Source: a virus. Taken from it: 64,000 bases of DNA. The stretch lies in IMG/VR virus record IMGVR_UViG_3300019132_000038, one strand, 5' to 3'. Position numbers and translations under genes: made by a program. How positions within the stretch are numbered: position 1 is the first letter of the stretch; every line of letters starts with the position of its first letter. This document shows positions 17,831 to 26,854 of the stretch, piece after piece. The notes beneath the pieces are model-generated. The model did no database searches. It had not been told where the DNA came from and worked only from the letters and a program-made list of their open reading frames with translations.

Positions 17831-18439
17831 ATGGCAGTTGCAAGCAATGAGCCTTATCAGCGAGTGTCACGAGATAATGGTGTCTTTGATGGAATGTTTA
17901 TTGGCATGGCGGTTGCAGCAGGTGGAGCTAGTGCAGGTGTCTTTGGTGCTCGTATGAATTATAACGGCATTGATAAATCTGTGCAAGCAGCACAAGGCCG
18001 AATTAATGCAGGGCTAGAGGCACTTAGTAGTCGGGAGCAAAAGGCATTAGAACGATATGATAATAAGATTGATCGCATCATTAACCGAGAGCGCACAGCA
18101 GGTGTGACCGGTAATGTAAATTCTCGTTTAGAGAGACGTAATCAAAAGAAATTAATGAACAATCCAAATATAGTAAATTTATATAATAAGTATTTTGTAG
18201 AGAAGCCTCTTAATCGATTAGAAAGAAATCATCAAAAGACAATGGAACGAATTCGAACGGATTTTAATCGACTGGTTGAACAAAATGCTCATTTTGAAGA
18301 TCCTTCATATATCAATAATCAAAAAGCCAATCATATTTATCGCAAGCATATGGGCGGTTGGAAGAATGCCGCTATTATTGGAGCGAGTGCTGTGATTGGT
18401 GGTGGTATTGGCATGATTACAGACGCATTGATGGAATAA
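17831..18439 (+). CDS. Gly-zipper paralog 1 (SNxPxQR N-terminus)
   Basis: MAVASNEPYQRV; two Gly-rich hydrophobic segments. Confidence 0.75.
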   Translation: MAVASNEPYQRVSRDNGVFDGMFIGMAVAAGGASAGVFGARMNYNGIDKSVQAAQGRINAGLEALSSREQKALERYDNKIDRIINRERTAGVTGNVNSRLERRNQKKLMNNPNIVNLYNKYFVEKPLNRLERNHQKTMERIRTDFNRLVEQNAHFEDPSYINNQKANHIYRKHMGGWKNAAIIGASAVIGGGIGMITDALME

Positions 18440-18454
18440 TTTAAAGAGGGGTGA

Positions 18455-18862
18455 ATGACAGTGTTAGCAAGTAACCAACCATATCAACGAGTAGATGATG
18501 GAGTTGGCGCAGGTCTTGTCACAGGAGCCATTCTTGGTAAGATGGCTCACGGAGCTGTAGGAATGGGACTTGGATATAAAGCTATTCAAGCATCTGGAGG
18601 GATTGATGCGCTTACTGAAAGAACAACAAGGGATATGGAGCGTTTTCAAAGGATGACCAAAACTCCAAAACAACAAATGTTTGCAGGAATAAGGGTGGCA
18701 GATAGAGCAGCAAGAAAAGCTATTGATAGCATGGATGACGGGCTTCTTAAAAATGTTGCAAGAACCGGATATGGAAGTACGAAACGTGCCATGATTTCCG
18801 GCGGTCTTAGTGTTTTAGCCGGAAGTATACTGGGAGCTAGTATTGATGCGATGAATGATTAA
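18455..18862 (+). CDS. Gly-zipper paralog 2
   Basis: MTVLASNQPYQRV; two Gly-rich hydrophobic segments. Confidence 0.75.
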   Translation: MTVLASNQPYQRVDDGVGAGLVTGAILGKMAHGAVGMGLGYKAIQASGGIDALTERTTRDMERFQRMTKTPKQQMFAGIRVADRAARKAIDSMDDGLLKNVARTGYGSTKRAMISGGLSVLAGSILGASIDAMND

Positions 18863-18875
18863 GGAGGGATCATAT

Positions 18876-19298
18876 ATGCCATTAGATAGTAATCGTCCAG
18901 TGCAAAGAGTAAATAATGGTGGAGATGGTATTTGGGATGGTGCTGGATGGGGGATAGTTGCTGGCACAGGAGCAACAGCCCTTGCTTATGGTGCCTCTGT
19001 TCACGGAGCTAAGCATCTCCGAGATTTGAATACTACGTTAACAGGCGTGAGACAAGGCAAATTGTATGAGAAGAATGCTCGATGGGCGGCATTTGGAAAA
19101 CGCCATTATTCAGAAGCAGCATTACAAACCAAAGCTCTCAAAATGGAGCAACGAGCGGCACGAATGAATTCTATGTTAGGAAATGTACAAAAAGCTGGTG
19201 ATTTTGCATTCGGTTCGTCCAAGCGAGCTATCATTTCAGGGGCTACAGGATTGCTAGGTGGTATGATAGCAGGAACTATTACAGACTCCATGAATTAG
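18876..19298 (+). CDS. Gly-zipper paralog 3
   Basis: ATG 18876 after AAGGAGG; MPLDSNRPVQRV. Confidence 0.75.
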   Translation: MPLDSNRPVQRVNNGGDGIWDGAGWGIVAGTGATALAYGASVHGAKHLRDLNTTLTGVRQGKLYEKNARWAAFGKRHYSEAALQTKALKMEQRAARMNSMLGNVQKAGDFAFGSSKRAIISGATGLLGGMIAGTITDSMN

Positions 19299-19310
19299 TG
19301 GGTGATTTGG

Positions 19311-19715
19311 ATGTTAGTTTCTAATCAACCAATTCAACGTATTCATGCCCAAGAGGATAGTAATAGTACCTTGTACCGGAATATAGGGGTTCATGTAGGA
19401 TTAGGTGTTGCTATGCAAGCTGGACAAGAAATGACTCTTCAAACCTTATATCGAAGCACCAAAAATCCCAAATTAAAAGAAAGTCTCCGAACGGCTTTAT
19501 ATGTGGATTCAAACATTCAAGAGTCAGGTATCGTGAATCCCATTACAGGTACGAATTATTACGCCAAAATGAAAGAGGGAAAATTGAAAAATCTTATCGG
19601 GAAAATTCCTGTGTATGGTCAAAGTACATTCAAAGGCCGTGCATTAGGTTATGGAATGGCAGTTGGAGGAGGAATACTGTCAGGAATATTACAGACCCAA
19701 ATTACTAAGCAATAA
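19311..19715 (+). CDS. Gly-zipper paralog 4
   Basis: MLVSNQPIQRI; two Gly-rich hydrophobic segments. Confidence 0.7.
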   Translation: MLVSNQPIQRIHAQEDSNSTLYRNIGVHVGLGVAMQAGQEMTLQTLYRSTKNPKLKESLRTALYVDSNIQESGIVNPITGTNYYAKMKEGKLKNLIGKIPVYGQSTFKGRALGYGMAVGGGILSGILQTQITKQ

Positions 19716-19726
19716 CGGGTGACAGT

Positions 19727-20695
19727 ATGAGTGTACAAGCCATTGAACTAACAGAAAGACAAATGGACGAATTAGAATCGGAGATTCGAACGGATCCGGT
19801 AAAATGGGCATACTGGAAACTCAAAGATCCAAAAGGAAGACCGTGGAAAGCCCGTTGGTACCAAAAGAAAATCATTGACGGTATTATGAAAGGTGATCGT
19901 CGAATTGCCGCTCGTATGGGACGACGGGTAGGAAAAACAGAAACCATGGTTGTCTTTTGTTTATGGTATGCCTTTCATCATAAAAATGCTCGCTTGCTAA
20001 TTGTTGCTCCGTATGAGCATCAAGTCCGATTAATATTCATGCGATTATCAGAATTGGTGCGAGATAGTGATGAACTGCATCATTCTGTAACCATTACCAA
20101 AAATCCGTTTATTGCTTCTTTTGGAAATGGTTCTAAGATTATGGGGTTTACAGCAGGGGCCAACTCTGGTACACAAGCGGGTGCGAGCTTGCGTGGTCAG
20201 CGTGCCGATTGGATTTTTATGGACGAAGTCGATTACATGAGCCGTGAAGCGATTGACGCTACCATTGCAATTTCTTATGAAGACCCAAAACGAATTGGAA
20301 TTTGGGTATCTTCTACACCTACCGGAAAGCGAGATTTCTTCTATGAAGTTTGTACAAATCCTGATACGGGATACAAGGCTTATCATTTCCCATCTCATGT
20401 AAACCCGGATTTTGATGAACGCATGGAAGGCGAGCTTCGTGCAACGATGACCGTACAAGGTTATATTCACGAAGTTGAAGCGGAGTTTGGAGAAGAAACC
20501 ATCGGAGTATTTAGCAAATCAGCGGTAGAGCGAGCAAAATCGCAATATCTTTACAGTTATCGAGAATTAAACGTGTGGGAGAAGGAACAGTACAAAAAAC
20601 AGGGCTACAACATAGATGACATTATCTTCTTCCCGGAGTATACTAAAAGAAATCCAGCCCCTCCTGCGATTCGGGTTGTAGGGGTAGACTGGGAT
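19727..20695 (+). CDS. terL: terminase large subunit, exon 1
   Basis: GRRVGKT Walker A, LRG, FMDE Walker B, VSSTP, VGVDWD; 323 codons ending at a U splice site. Confidence 0.9.
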
Positions 20696-21163
20696 AAAAA
20701 CGCAGCTTGCTAAGTAAATGGGTGGTATGATGCTCATATGCTAAGATTCCACTCAAAAGAGAATCTCATTAAGCTATATGAGTACATGTATGAAAATCAG
20801 ACAGTATGCTTACCAAGAAAGTTAGAAAAATATCATGAAGCATTAGCAAGATGCAATTATTGTCCCCTTCAGGAGTAATCCTGTCGATATAAACCGGGTG
20901 AATTGCTGGAATCCCCTTAGAGCCAATTTGACCACAACGTAAGGATGAAATAAGCCTAAACGTGACGGTTTGAAAACAAATTGGATTGGGTAATCAGCAG
21001 CCAAGCTCCGAACAGGAGAAGGTTCAACGACTATCTCGTAAGAGAGTAGGGTTCAAGTGAACTCGAAGTGCCCGGCCCCTTTTACAAGAGGGTGATGATA
21101 TAGTCTGAGCTTACATGAAAGTGTAAGAGGGTTGTCGGAAACGGGCAATCCGTAACACAACTG
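20696..21163 (+). mobile_element. group I intron 1 (468 nt) in terL
   Basis: GAATTGCTGGAA, AATCAGCAGCCAAG, GGTTCAACGACTA, GATATAGTCT core elements; IGS GTCCC (20862-66) pairs with exon GGGAT; terminal G; splicing restores DWD|KYAEAT. Confidence 0.9.
20714..20878 (+). pseudogene. LAGLIDADG endonuclease C-terminal remnant in intron 1
   Basis: After an in-frame TAA reads ...LRFHSKENLIKLYEYMYENQTVCLPRKLEKY, resembling the C-termini of the two intact intron HEGs (LYVNANVYLERKY; IYKDATVFLTRKK). Confidence 0.55.
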
Positions 21164-21346
21164 AAATATGCAGAAGCTACTCAAATTATTGTTACAGAAT
21201 TTGATGAGTTATTAAAGAAATTCCGAGTAGCAAAGAGATATGAGATTCCTCGTGGAGATTTTACGTACGACAATGCCGTACAAAAATTAATTGAAATCAA
21301 TGAAATTTGGAATCCAAAATTCTATTACATTGATGCGGGGCATGGT
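21164..21346 (+). CDS. terL: terminase large subunit, exon 2 (61 codons)
   Basis: KYAEATQIIV...YYIDAGHG open frame between two introns; not in ORF track. Confidence 0.85.
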
Positions 21347-22468
21347 AATGTAGCATAATTTGTTTTCACCCTGTATAATCAAATTATTAACAAAAAAGGG
21401 TGAGAGATTATGTTTCCTGAATGGTATCAAGAAGCAGAAAGATTATATGTAGATGAAAAGCTTTCTTATACAAAGATTGGACAAATACTTGGTGTTGGAA
21501 GAAAAACAGTAAGCCACTATTTGCGAAAAGGTGGACATGAATCGAATTTAAAATTTTATCCTAATGTAGACCACAGCAAGTATAGAAAGTATCAAATTGA
21601 CGAATCAGTTTTTGAAACCATAGATACAGAAGAAAAAGCATACTGGCTTGGAATGTTATATGCTGATGGCAATGTGTCTGATCGTTCAAATGATATAGAA
21701 GTCACTTTACAAGCAGAAGATTATAATCATCTGTTAAAGTTAAGGGATTTCTTTAAAACTGATAAACCCGTCTACAAAAAGGATAAAAAGAAATACGATA
21801 AAACCTATGAAGGTTACAGGCTTATTATTTGTAGTAAGAAAATCAAACAAGATTTGATTCGATTAGGTTGTTTACCTAGAAAATCACATATACTTCAATT
21901 TCCTACAACAGAACAAGTCCCAGAACATTTGATGTCTCACTTTGTGAGAGGATATTTCGATGGCGATGGTTGTATTACATTTGCTAATAAAGGAGTTACA
22001 TTAGTCATTGAGTTATTAGGGACAGAAGATTTTCTTACTCAATATTTAATTTGGTCTGAAAGAAATCATCATCGCATTCATGATTTTAAACATTCGAAGG
22101 AAACCAAAAGAGTCCAACACTTTGGTGAAGAAGCTAGATTTATATTAAATCGCTTATATGTAAATGCCAATGTGTATCTTGAAAGGAAATATAATCTTTA
22201 TAAAAATTATGCATTGCCGTCTAATGGGGAAACTCATTAGAGTATCAGAGCGGAATGAAGCGGGAAAGCTGAGATGCTAACCCGAACCGAAGGCTAGGCA
22301 AATCCTAGTCAGGGGCAGAGCATAGGAGCTGACCGGTAACAGGAATAACGCTCCCACGAGGCCGCTCCACCCAAACCGTCAAGGTCGGTGGGTGAAAAGG
22401 TATGCCGAGCTTGCGGGAAATGAACCGTAAGAAGTAGAGGATAAAAAGCCTTTACGATAACAATACTG
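21347..22468 (+). mobile_element. group I intron 2 (1122 nt) in terL, with homing endonuclease
   Basis: Core GAATGAAGCGGGAA / CCCGAACCGAAG / GCAGAGCATA / AAGGTATGCC; U at 5' site, terminal G; splicing restores DAGHG|EYQIEML. Confidence 0.8.
21410..22240 (+). CDS. LAGLIDADG homing endonuclease with N-terminal HTH
   Basis: AYWLGMLYADG and HFVRGYFDGDG motifs. Confidence 0.9.
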   Translation: MFPEWYQEAERLYVDEKLSYTKIGQILGVGRKTVSHYLRKGGHESNLKFYPNVDHSKYRKYQIDESVFETIDTEEKAYWLGMLYADGNVSDRSNDIEVTLQAEDYNHLLKLRDFFKTDKPVYKKDKKKYDKTYEGYRLIICSKKIKQDLIRLGCLPRKSHILQFPTTEQVPEHLMSHFVRGYFDGDGCITFANKGVTLVIELLGTEDFLTQYLIWSERNHHRIHDFKHSKETKRVQHFGEEARFILNRLYVNANVYLERKYNLYKNYALPSNGETH

Positions 22469-23086
22469 GAGTATCAAATTGAAATGCTTCGAAAATATGG
22501 ACGAGATAATCCAGAAAGCGGCATGCTTCAAAAGGTGAAACGAATCCATTTCTCTGAGAAAATTGAAATTCGTGATCCTGGTACAAGAGAAATTGACAAA
22601 AAAGATGTCAAAAACTTTATGGTTAATCAAACTAGTATTCTTCTTGAACGGGATCAATTGGTGTTATCACCGTTTGACGATATGGTGTGGAAGCAAATGA
22701 TGGATTATCAAGTTGTTCGAATTTCTCAAAATGGTAAGCCAATTTATACATCGGAAAATGAGCATGCATTAGATGCGCTCATGTTAACGATTTTAGGATT
22801 TACAATTGAGTTTCCGAACATCACAAAAATTCTTGAAGAAATCAAAGTAGCACGAAAGGTGTTACCATTTCAAAATAAAATTCAAGAATCTCTTCAGGAA
22901 AAAGTGTTTGGCGGAGAACGGGATGTTTATCAACCTATTAAATCAAAACCGGAAAGAGAAGAGAAAGATAATCCTCGTTGGCACTGGCAAAAGGTTGCTT
23001 TAGGGTATTCAAAAAGAAAAGTTACCGCTAATCCGTGGGGACGGGGGCAAGCAAAAGGAATAGGTTTGTCACGGTCTAAGTTTTAA
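22469..23086 (+). CDS. terL: terminase large subunit, exon 3
   Basis: EYQIEMLRKYG...EHALDAL nuclease C-terminus; in frame with track ORF 22484. Confidence 0.85.
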   Translation, partial: EYQIEMLRKYGRDNPESGMLQKVKRIHFSEKIEIRDPGTREIDKKDVKNFMVNQTSILLERDQLVLSPFDDMVWKQMMDYQVVRISQNGKPIYTSENEHALDALMLTILGFTIEFPNITKILEEIKVARKVLPFQNKIQESLQEKVFGGERDVYQPIKSKPEREEKDNPRWHWQKVALGYSKRKVTANPWGRGQAKGIGLSRSKF

Positions 23087-23324
23087 AAATGGATAAAAAT
23101 ATTTTTTATTTTTTATGAAAATCGGAAAGAAAAAATAATTTCATAAAAACTTTGGGAATGCCGGAAGTAATGCGTTGTCCCTGTTGCAACCTTTCACGTT
23201 GTAAACAGGTGGAAGGCATAAATACCCCCTGTATCCTTTTTTCTTTGGCTTGGCTCATCTTTCATCTCTTTCCCTTGCCCCTGCGGAAACGCAGGGGTTA
23301 CATATTGTTTAGGGAGGTATAGTA

Positions 23325-24596
23325 ATGTCAGAATCATTTGATCAGTTATACGGAAAAAAAGGAATTGATACGTCGTATGAGCGTGAAACATTTACATATC
23401 GTCCAACATGGAAATATGAAAAGAAAGATCTAGACCAACTATTAAGAGAAGAAATCAAGCAATCCATTGAACGGGCACGCACGTTTACCATTGCCCAAAA
23501 CCTTTTAGAATATGATGAGCTAATTGCTGATATCGGACAAATGTTACGAGATTTAGAATCTCGAAATCCAAAAGAAAAAATAGAGAAACTTAAAGAACAC
23601 TTATCTCAAAAAGATTACCGAGCCCTTTTTGCATTTGAACGAGAACATAGTAGCTATCAGGATACGGGTGATTACGAATTATATTCACTGCTTTTTCATA
23701 TGAAAGAATCTCTTCAGGTTCGACGGGATTTTATAGATCGGCATTTTCGTACACAAATTACCCATGAAACTGAAATTAAAAAAATTGAAGAAGCAGAAAG
23801 AAAATCCATTGAAGAGTGGGAATATCTTGAGGCAAAGGTAATGGAAGGATATGCCCTGTTAGCTCAACAAGATGAAGACGAAATTCACCCAGCAGATGAT
23901 ACGTCTTTATTTATCAATACGCATGAGTTGAATTACGAAATATTAGAAGACTGGGAAAAACAAAAACGTAATCGAGAATTGTTGCACACATCTTTGGCAG
24001 ATAGTTCCTATGTGCATCGAAATCGTTATTTTATGTTTTTAGAAATTGTAGAAAAAGCCAAAATCCTCGTTTATTACCCAACACAGTTAATCGATAAAAA
24101 TCTCAAAGAATTCATTTTAAGCTTAGGTGATTTGTCAGATTTTTCATCCCCAAAAACTCATTTGATTTTACAGTTTCGAAAAATTCGAGAACGTCATGAT
24201 TCCTTGAAAGGGAAAATGATGACGATTGATGATGAAAAAGAGACATTTGCTTCTGAGAAACATTATCTGTACCAACAAATTGAAACAAAAACGATTGAGC
24301 CTTTAAAGCAATGGTTACATGAACAGCAAGAGAATATTAGTGGAGCTTTAGATTTATTCTCGCAATATATGGTATCTTCCATGAAGGAAACTCGCCAGTC
24401 TTATGAGCAAATCCTAGCAGATTTATTGAATTTTTATAAATCAGAAGCTCACTATTATGAACAACAAATTTACTTTTTAAGAAAAAAAGAAGAAATCCGC
24501 AAATTTTACAGAATTCTTGAGGATTTAGAAGATGTAGAGAAAATTCATAAGGAATGGGTGGAAGAGTACCTCAAGGTGAACGGATATAGCGTGTGA
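23325..24596 (+). CDS. hypothetical helical protein
   Basis: 423-aa ORF, GGGAGG RBS, between terL and portal. Confidence 0.8.
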   Translation: MSESFDQLYGKKGIDTSYERETFTYRPTWKYEKKDLDQLLREEIKQSIERARTFTIAQNLLEYDELIADIGQMLRDLESRNPKEKIEKLKEHLSQKDYRALFAFEREHSSYQDTGDYELYSLLFHMKESLQVRRDFIDRHFRTQITHETEIKKIEEAERKSIEEWEYLEAKVMEGYALLAQQDEDEIHPADDTSLFINTHELNYEILEDWEKQKRNRELLHTSLADSSYVHRNRYFMFLEIVEKAKILVYYPTQLIDKNLKEFILSLGDLSDFSSPKTHLILQFRKIRERHDSLKGKMMTIDDEKETFASEKHYLYQQIETKTIEPLKQWLHEQQENISGALDLFSQYMVSSMKETRQSYEQILADLLNFYKSEAHYYEQQIYFLRKKEEIRKFYRILEDLEDVEKIHKEWVEEYLKVNGYSV

Positions 24597-24603
24597 GCGG
24601 GTG

Positions 24604-24632
24604 TGTAATGCATTACAAGAATCATGTATAAT
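24604..24632 (+). promoter_or_regulatory. palindromic operator plus -10 upstream of portal
   Basis: TGTAATGCATTACA (24604-24617), TATAAT (24627-24632). Confidence 0.55.
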
Positions 24633-24694
24633 AACTGTGAATTACATTATTTGACGAAAAACAGATAAACAAGAAGGAAAAGGGGGTTTCATTC

Positions 24695-26854
24695 TTGGCG
24701 AAACTCTGGAATCGGTTGATTAAGAATTTTACGCTCAAGAATGCTCCCTCTGGCGGTAAGTCTAGTGGTGGGGTAGGAGCAATTAATCGTGATCCTAAAG
24801 CCATGCAGGTAAAGCGAGTGGGTTATCAGTTATCCAATGGAGCTAGTGGTGGTGGTCGAGAGAACTTTGAAGGACCAGAAGCAGATTTTAATCTGATCGA
24901 TACCGCCATTAAAAGAGACTCCTATGTTATGCAAACGATGATGAAATATGGTGAGCTCATTTTTAAAAGTGGTTGGTATTTTAAAGGGAAGAATGAGCAA
25001 GCTTTGCAATATTTAAAGCTTCGTTTAGAAATGATGGCAGTAGCAACAGGAATACCAACGGAATCGTTATTCCAAGGTATTGCTGATGATATCGTACGTT
25101 ATGCCAATGCATTTCTTGTGAAAGCTAGAGCTAAAGGAGGAAAAGGATTACCTCCTGGGCTTTCAGCTATACCGATTCCTCCCGCAAGAGAACCAATCGC
25201 CGGCTATTTTCGGCTTCCTCCGCATACGATTACGATTGCGAGAGATCAAAACGGCAATATTCTGAAATATAGACAAGAAGTGCAAGGTGCGGAAAAGCCG
25301 ATTGATTTCCGACCGGAGGATATCATTCATATTACTGTTAACCAACCTGTAGGGCGACCATTTGGTGATCCGTGGATCGCTCCTGTGTTAGAAGATGTAA
25401 GGCTGCTGCGTAAAGTAGAAGAAAATGCAGCTCTCCTCTTGTATCGACATATCTTCCCACTTTTGGCTTACACAGTTGGTATTGATAAGCCGGGTTATGA
25501 AGCAACCGATGACGAACTTGAAGAACTTCGTAGTGTTATTGAGAATATACCGACAGATGGGGCGATTGTTCTTCCTGAGCGTCATAAAATCGAAGCAATC
25601 AAAATTGATACCATTGACGGAAAGCCATATTTAGAATATTTCGAACAGCGTGTATTTACGGGCTTAGGAATGAGTACGGTTGACATGGGTCGAGGTGATA
25701 CGGCTAACCGAAATACTGCTGATGCAATGGGTGGTATCAAAGCTGATCGAGTAAAGGGATGGCAAAAGGCTCTCCAAATTCAAATTGATAAATACATTGT
25801 AGATGAGATTCTGGTGGAAGGCGGATTTGATCCGCTAGTGAATCCTGAATTTGATGTTAATTTTGTGTTTGAGGAAATCGAACAAGAACGCAAAATCGCC
25901 AAAGAAAATCATGCCATATTGAAATGGAACTCTAACCTTGCAACATGGGAAGAAACCCGTGTGGAATTAGGTTATGATCCAGTTGCTGATGAAAGTCGAT
26001 TACATTATCAAATGATTGCAATGGCAACAGCAGAACATGCAAATCAATTAGCAATGCAGGCAACAACAGCAAAGGAAGTTGGCAATAAAAATGCACCAGA
26101 AAATCAAAATGGGAAGCGTTCAGGGCCTAAACGAAGTACAGAAGCTCTTGAAGAATCGGTTTTTAATCATTTGCCCGTTAAACAATATCAGAAATTGCAA
26201 GAATCACTTGCTATGTTTTACCGGGAATTAGAAGAAGATGCGATTCAAATCGTGCAGGCCTATGTAGAAAAGAAAGTCTTTCCGATGAAAGAGCCAAAAG
26301 AATGGCTATCTTCCTTTCATTTCAGCAAAGATAAAATGCTTCGAGTTATACAGCAAAGCACTCAATCCGCTTTGTCAGAGGGTGTTACAAAAGCACGAAG
26401 CGATATAGGACGTAACGATTATCCGGGAATAAATTCGAGAAAGGCATTGCAAGTTATTAGGCAATATGCTTCGGAGTCTTTAGAACAATTAGAGGCATTT
26501 TTAAAACAATCTTTATCAAAAAAACTGGAAAACTCTCAAAATACAGAGGATGCGTTATTAGCGATTAAAGGTATTTTTACTACAACTAAACATCGAATGA
26601 CGTTCTTGAGTAAAACATTATTAGCCAAATCTTACAATTTCGGTTATGCCTTAGCATTGATGAAGTACGGGGAAGAGCAAGTGAAACCTGTATATGAGGG
26701 TACTTGTTTAACCTGTCAAGAAAAAGCGTCGCAACTCATTTCACTTCAACAATTTTCATCACTTGATGAAATTGCTATATTCTATCGCATTCCACCATGG
26801 CATCCAAACTGTGAATGTCCTTTAGAAGTCGTTAAGGGAGGTGAAACAGAATGA
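24695..26854 (+). CDS. portal protein with C-terminal MuF/gp7-like extension
   Basis: Position after terL; portal-like segments (GNAF-like ANAFL, DIIHI, GRPFG.PW.APVL); C-terminal CLTC...WHPNCEC. Confidence 0.75.
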   Translation: MAKLWNRLIKNFTLKNAPSGGKSSGGVGAINRDPKAMQVKRVGYQLSNGASGGGRENFEGPEADFNLIDTAIKRDSYVMQTMMKYGELIFKSGWYFKGKNEQALQYLKLRLEMMAVATGIPTESLFQGIADDIVRYANAFLVKARAKGGKGLPPGLSAIPIPPAREPIAGYFRLPPHTITIARDQNGNILKYRQEVQGAEKPIDFRPEDIIHITVNQPVGRPFGDPWIAPVLEDVRLLRKVEENAALLLYRHIFPLLAYTVGIDKPGYEATDDELEELRSVIENIPTDGAIVLPERHKIEAIKIDTIDGKPYLEYFEQRVFTGLGMSTVDMGRGDTANRNTADAMGGIKADRVKGWQKALQIQIDKYIVDEILVEGGFDPLVNPEFDVNFVFEEIEQERKIAKENHAILKWNSNLATWEETRVELGYDPVADESRLHYQMIAMATAEHANQLAMQATTAKEVGNKNAPENQNGKRSGPKRSTEALEESVFNHLPVKQYQKLQESLAMFYRELEEDAIQIVQAYVEKKVFPMKEPKEWLSSFHFSKDKMLRVIQQSTQSALSEGVTKARSDIGRNDYPGINSRKALQVIRQYASESLEQLEAFLKQSLSKKLENSQNTEDALLAIKGIFTTTKHRMTFLSKTLLAKSYNFGYALALMKYGEEQVKPVYEGTCLTCQEKASQLISLQQFSSLDEIAIFYRIPPWHPNCECPLEVVKGGETE

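Noticed and set aside
22484-23086. Track ORFs 22484..23086 and 56906..58768 as independent genes
   Set aside because: They lack their own RBS and are in-frame continuations after group I introns.
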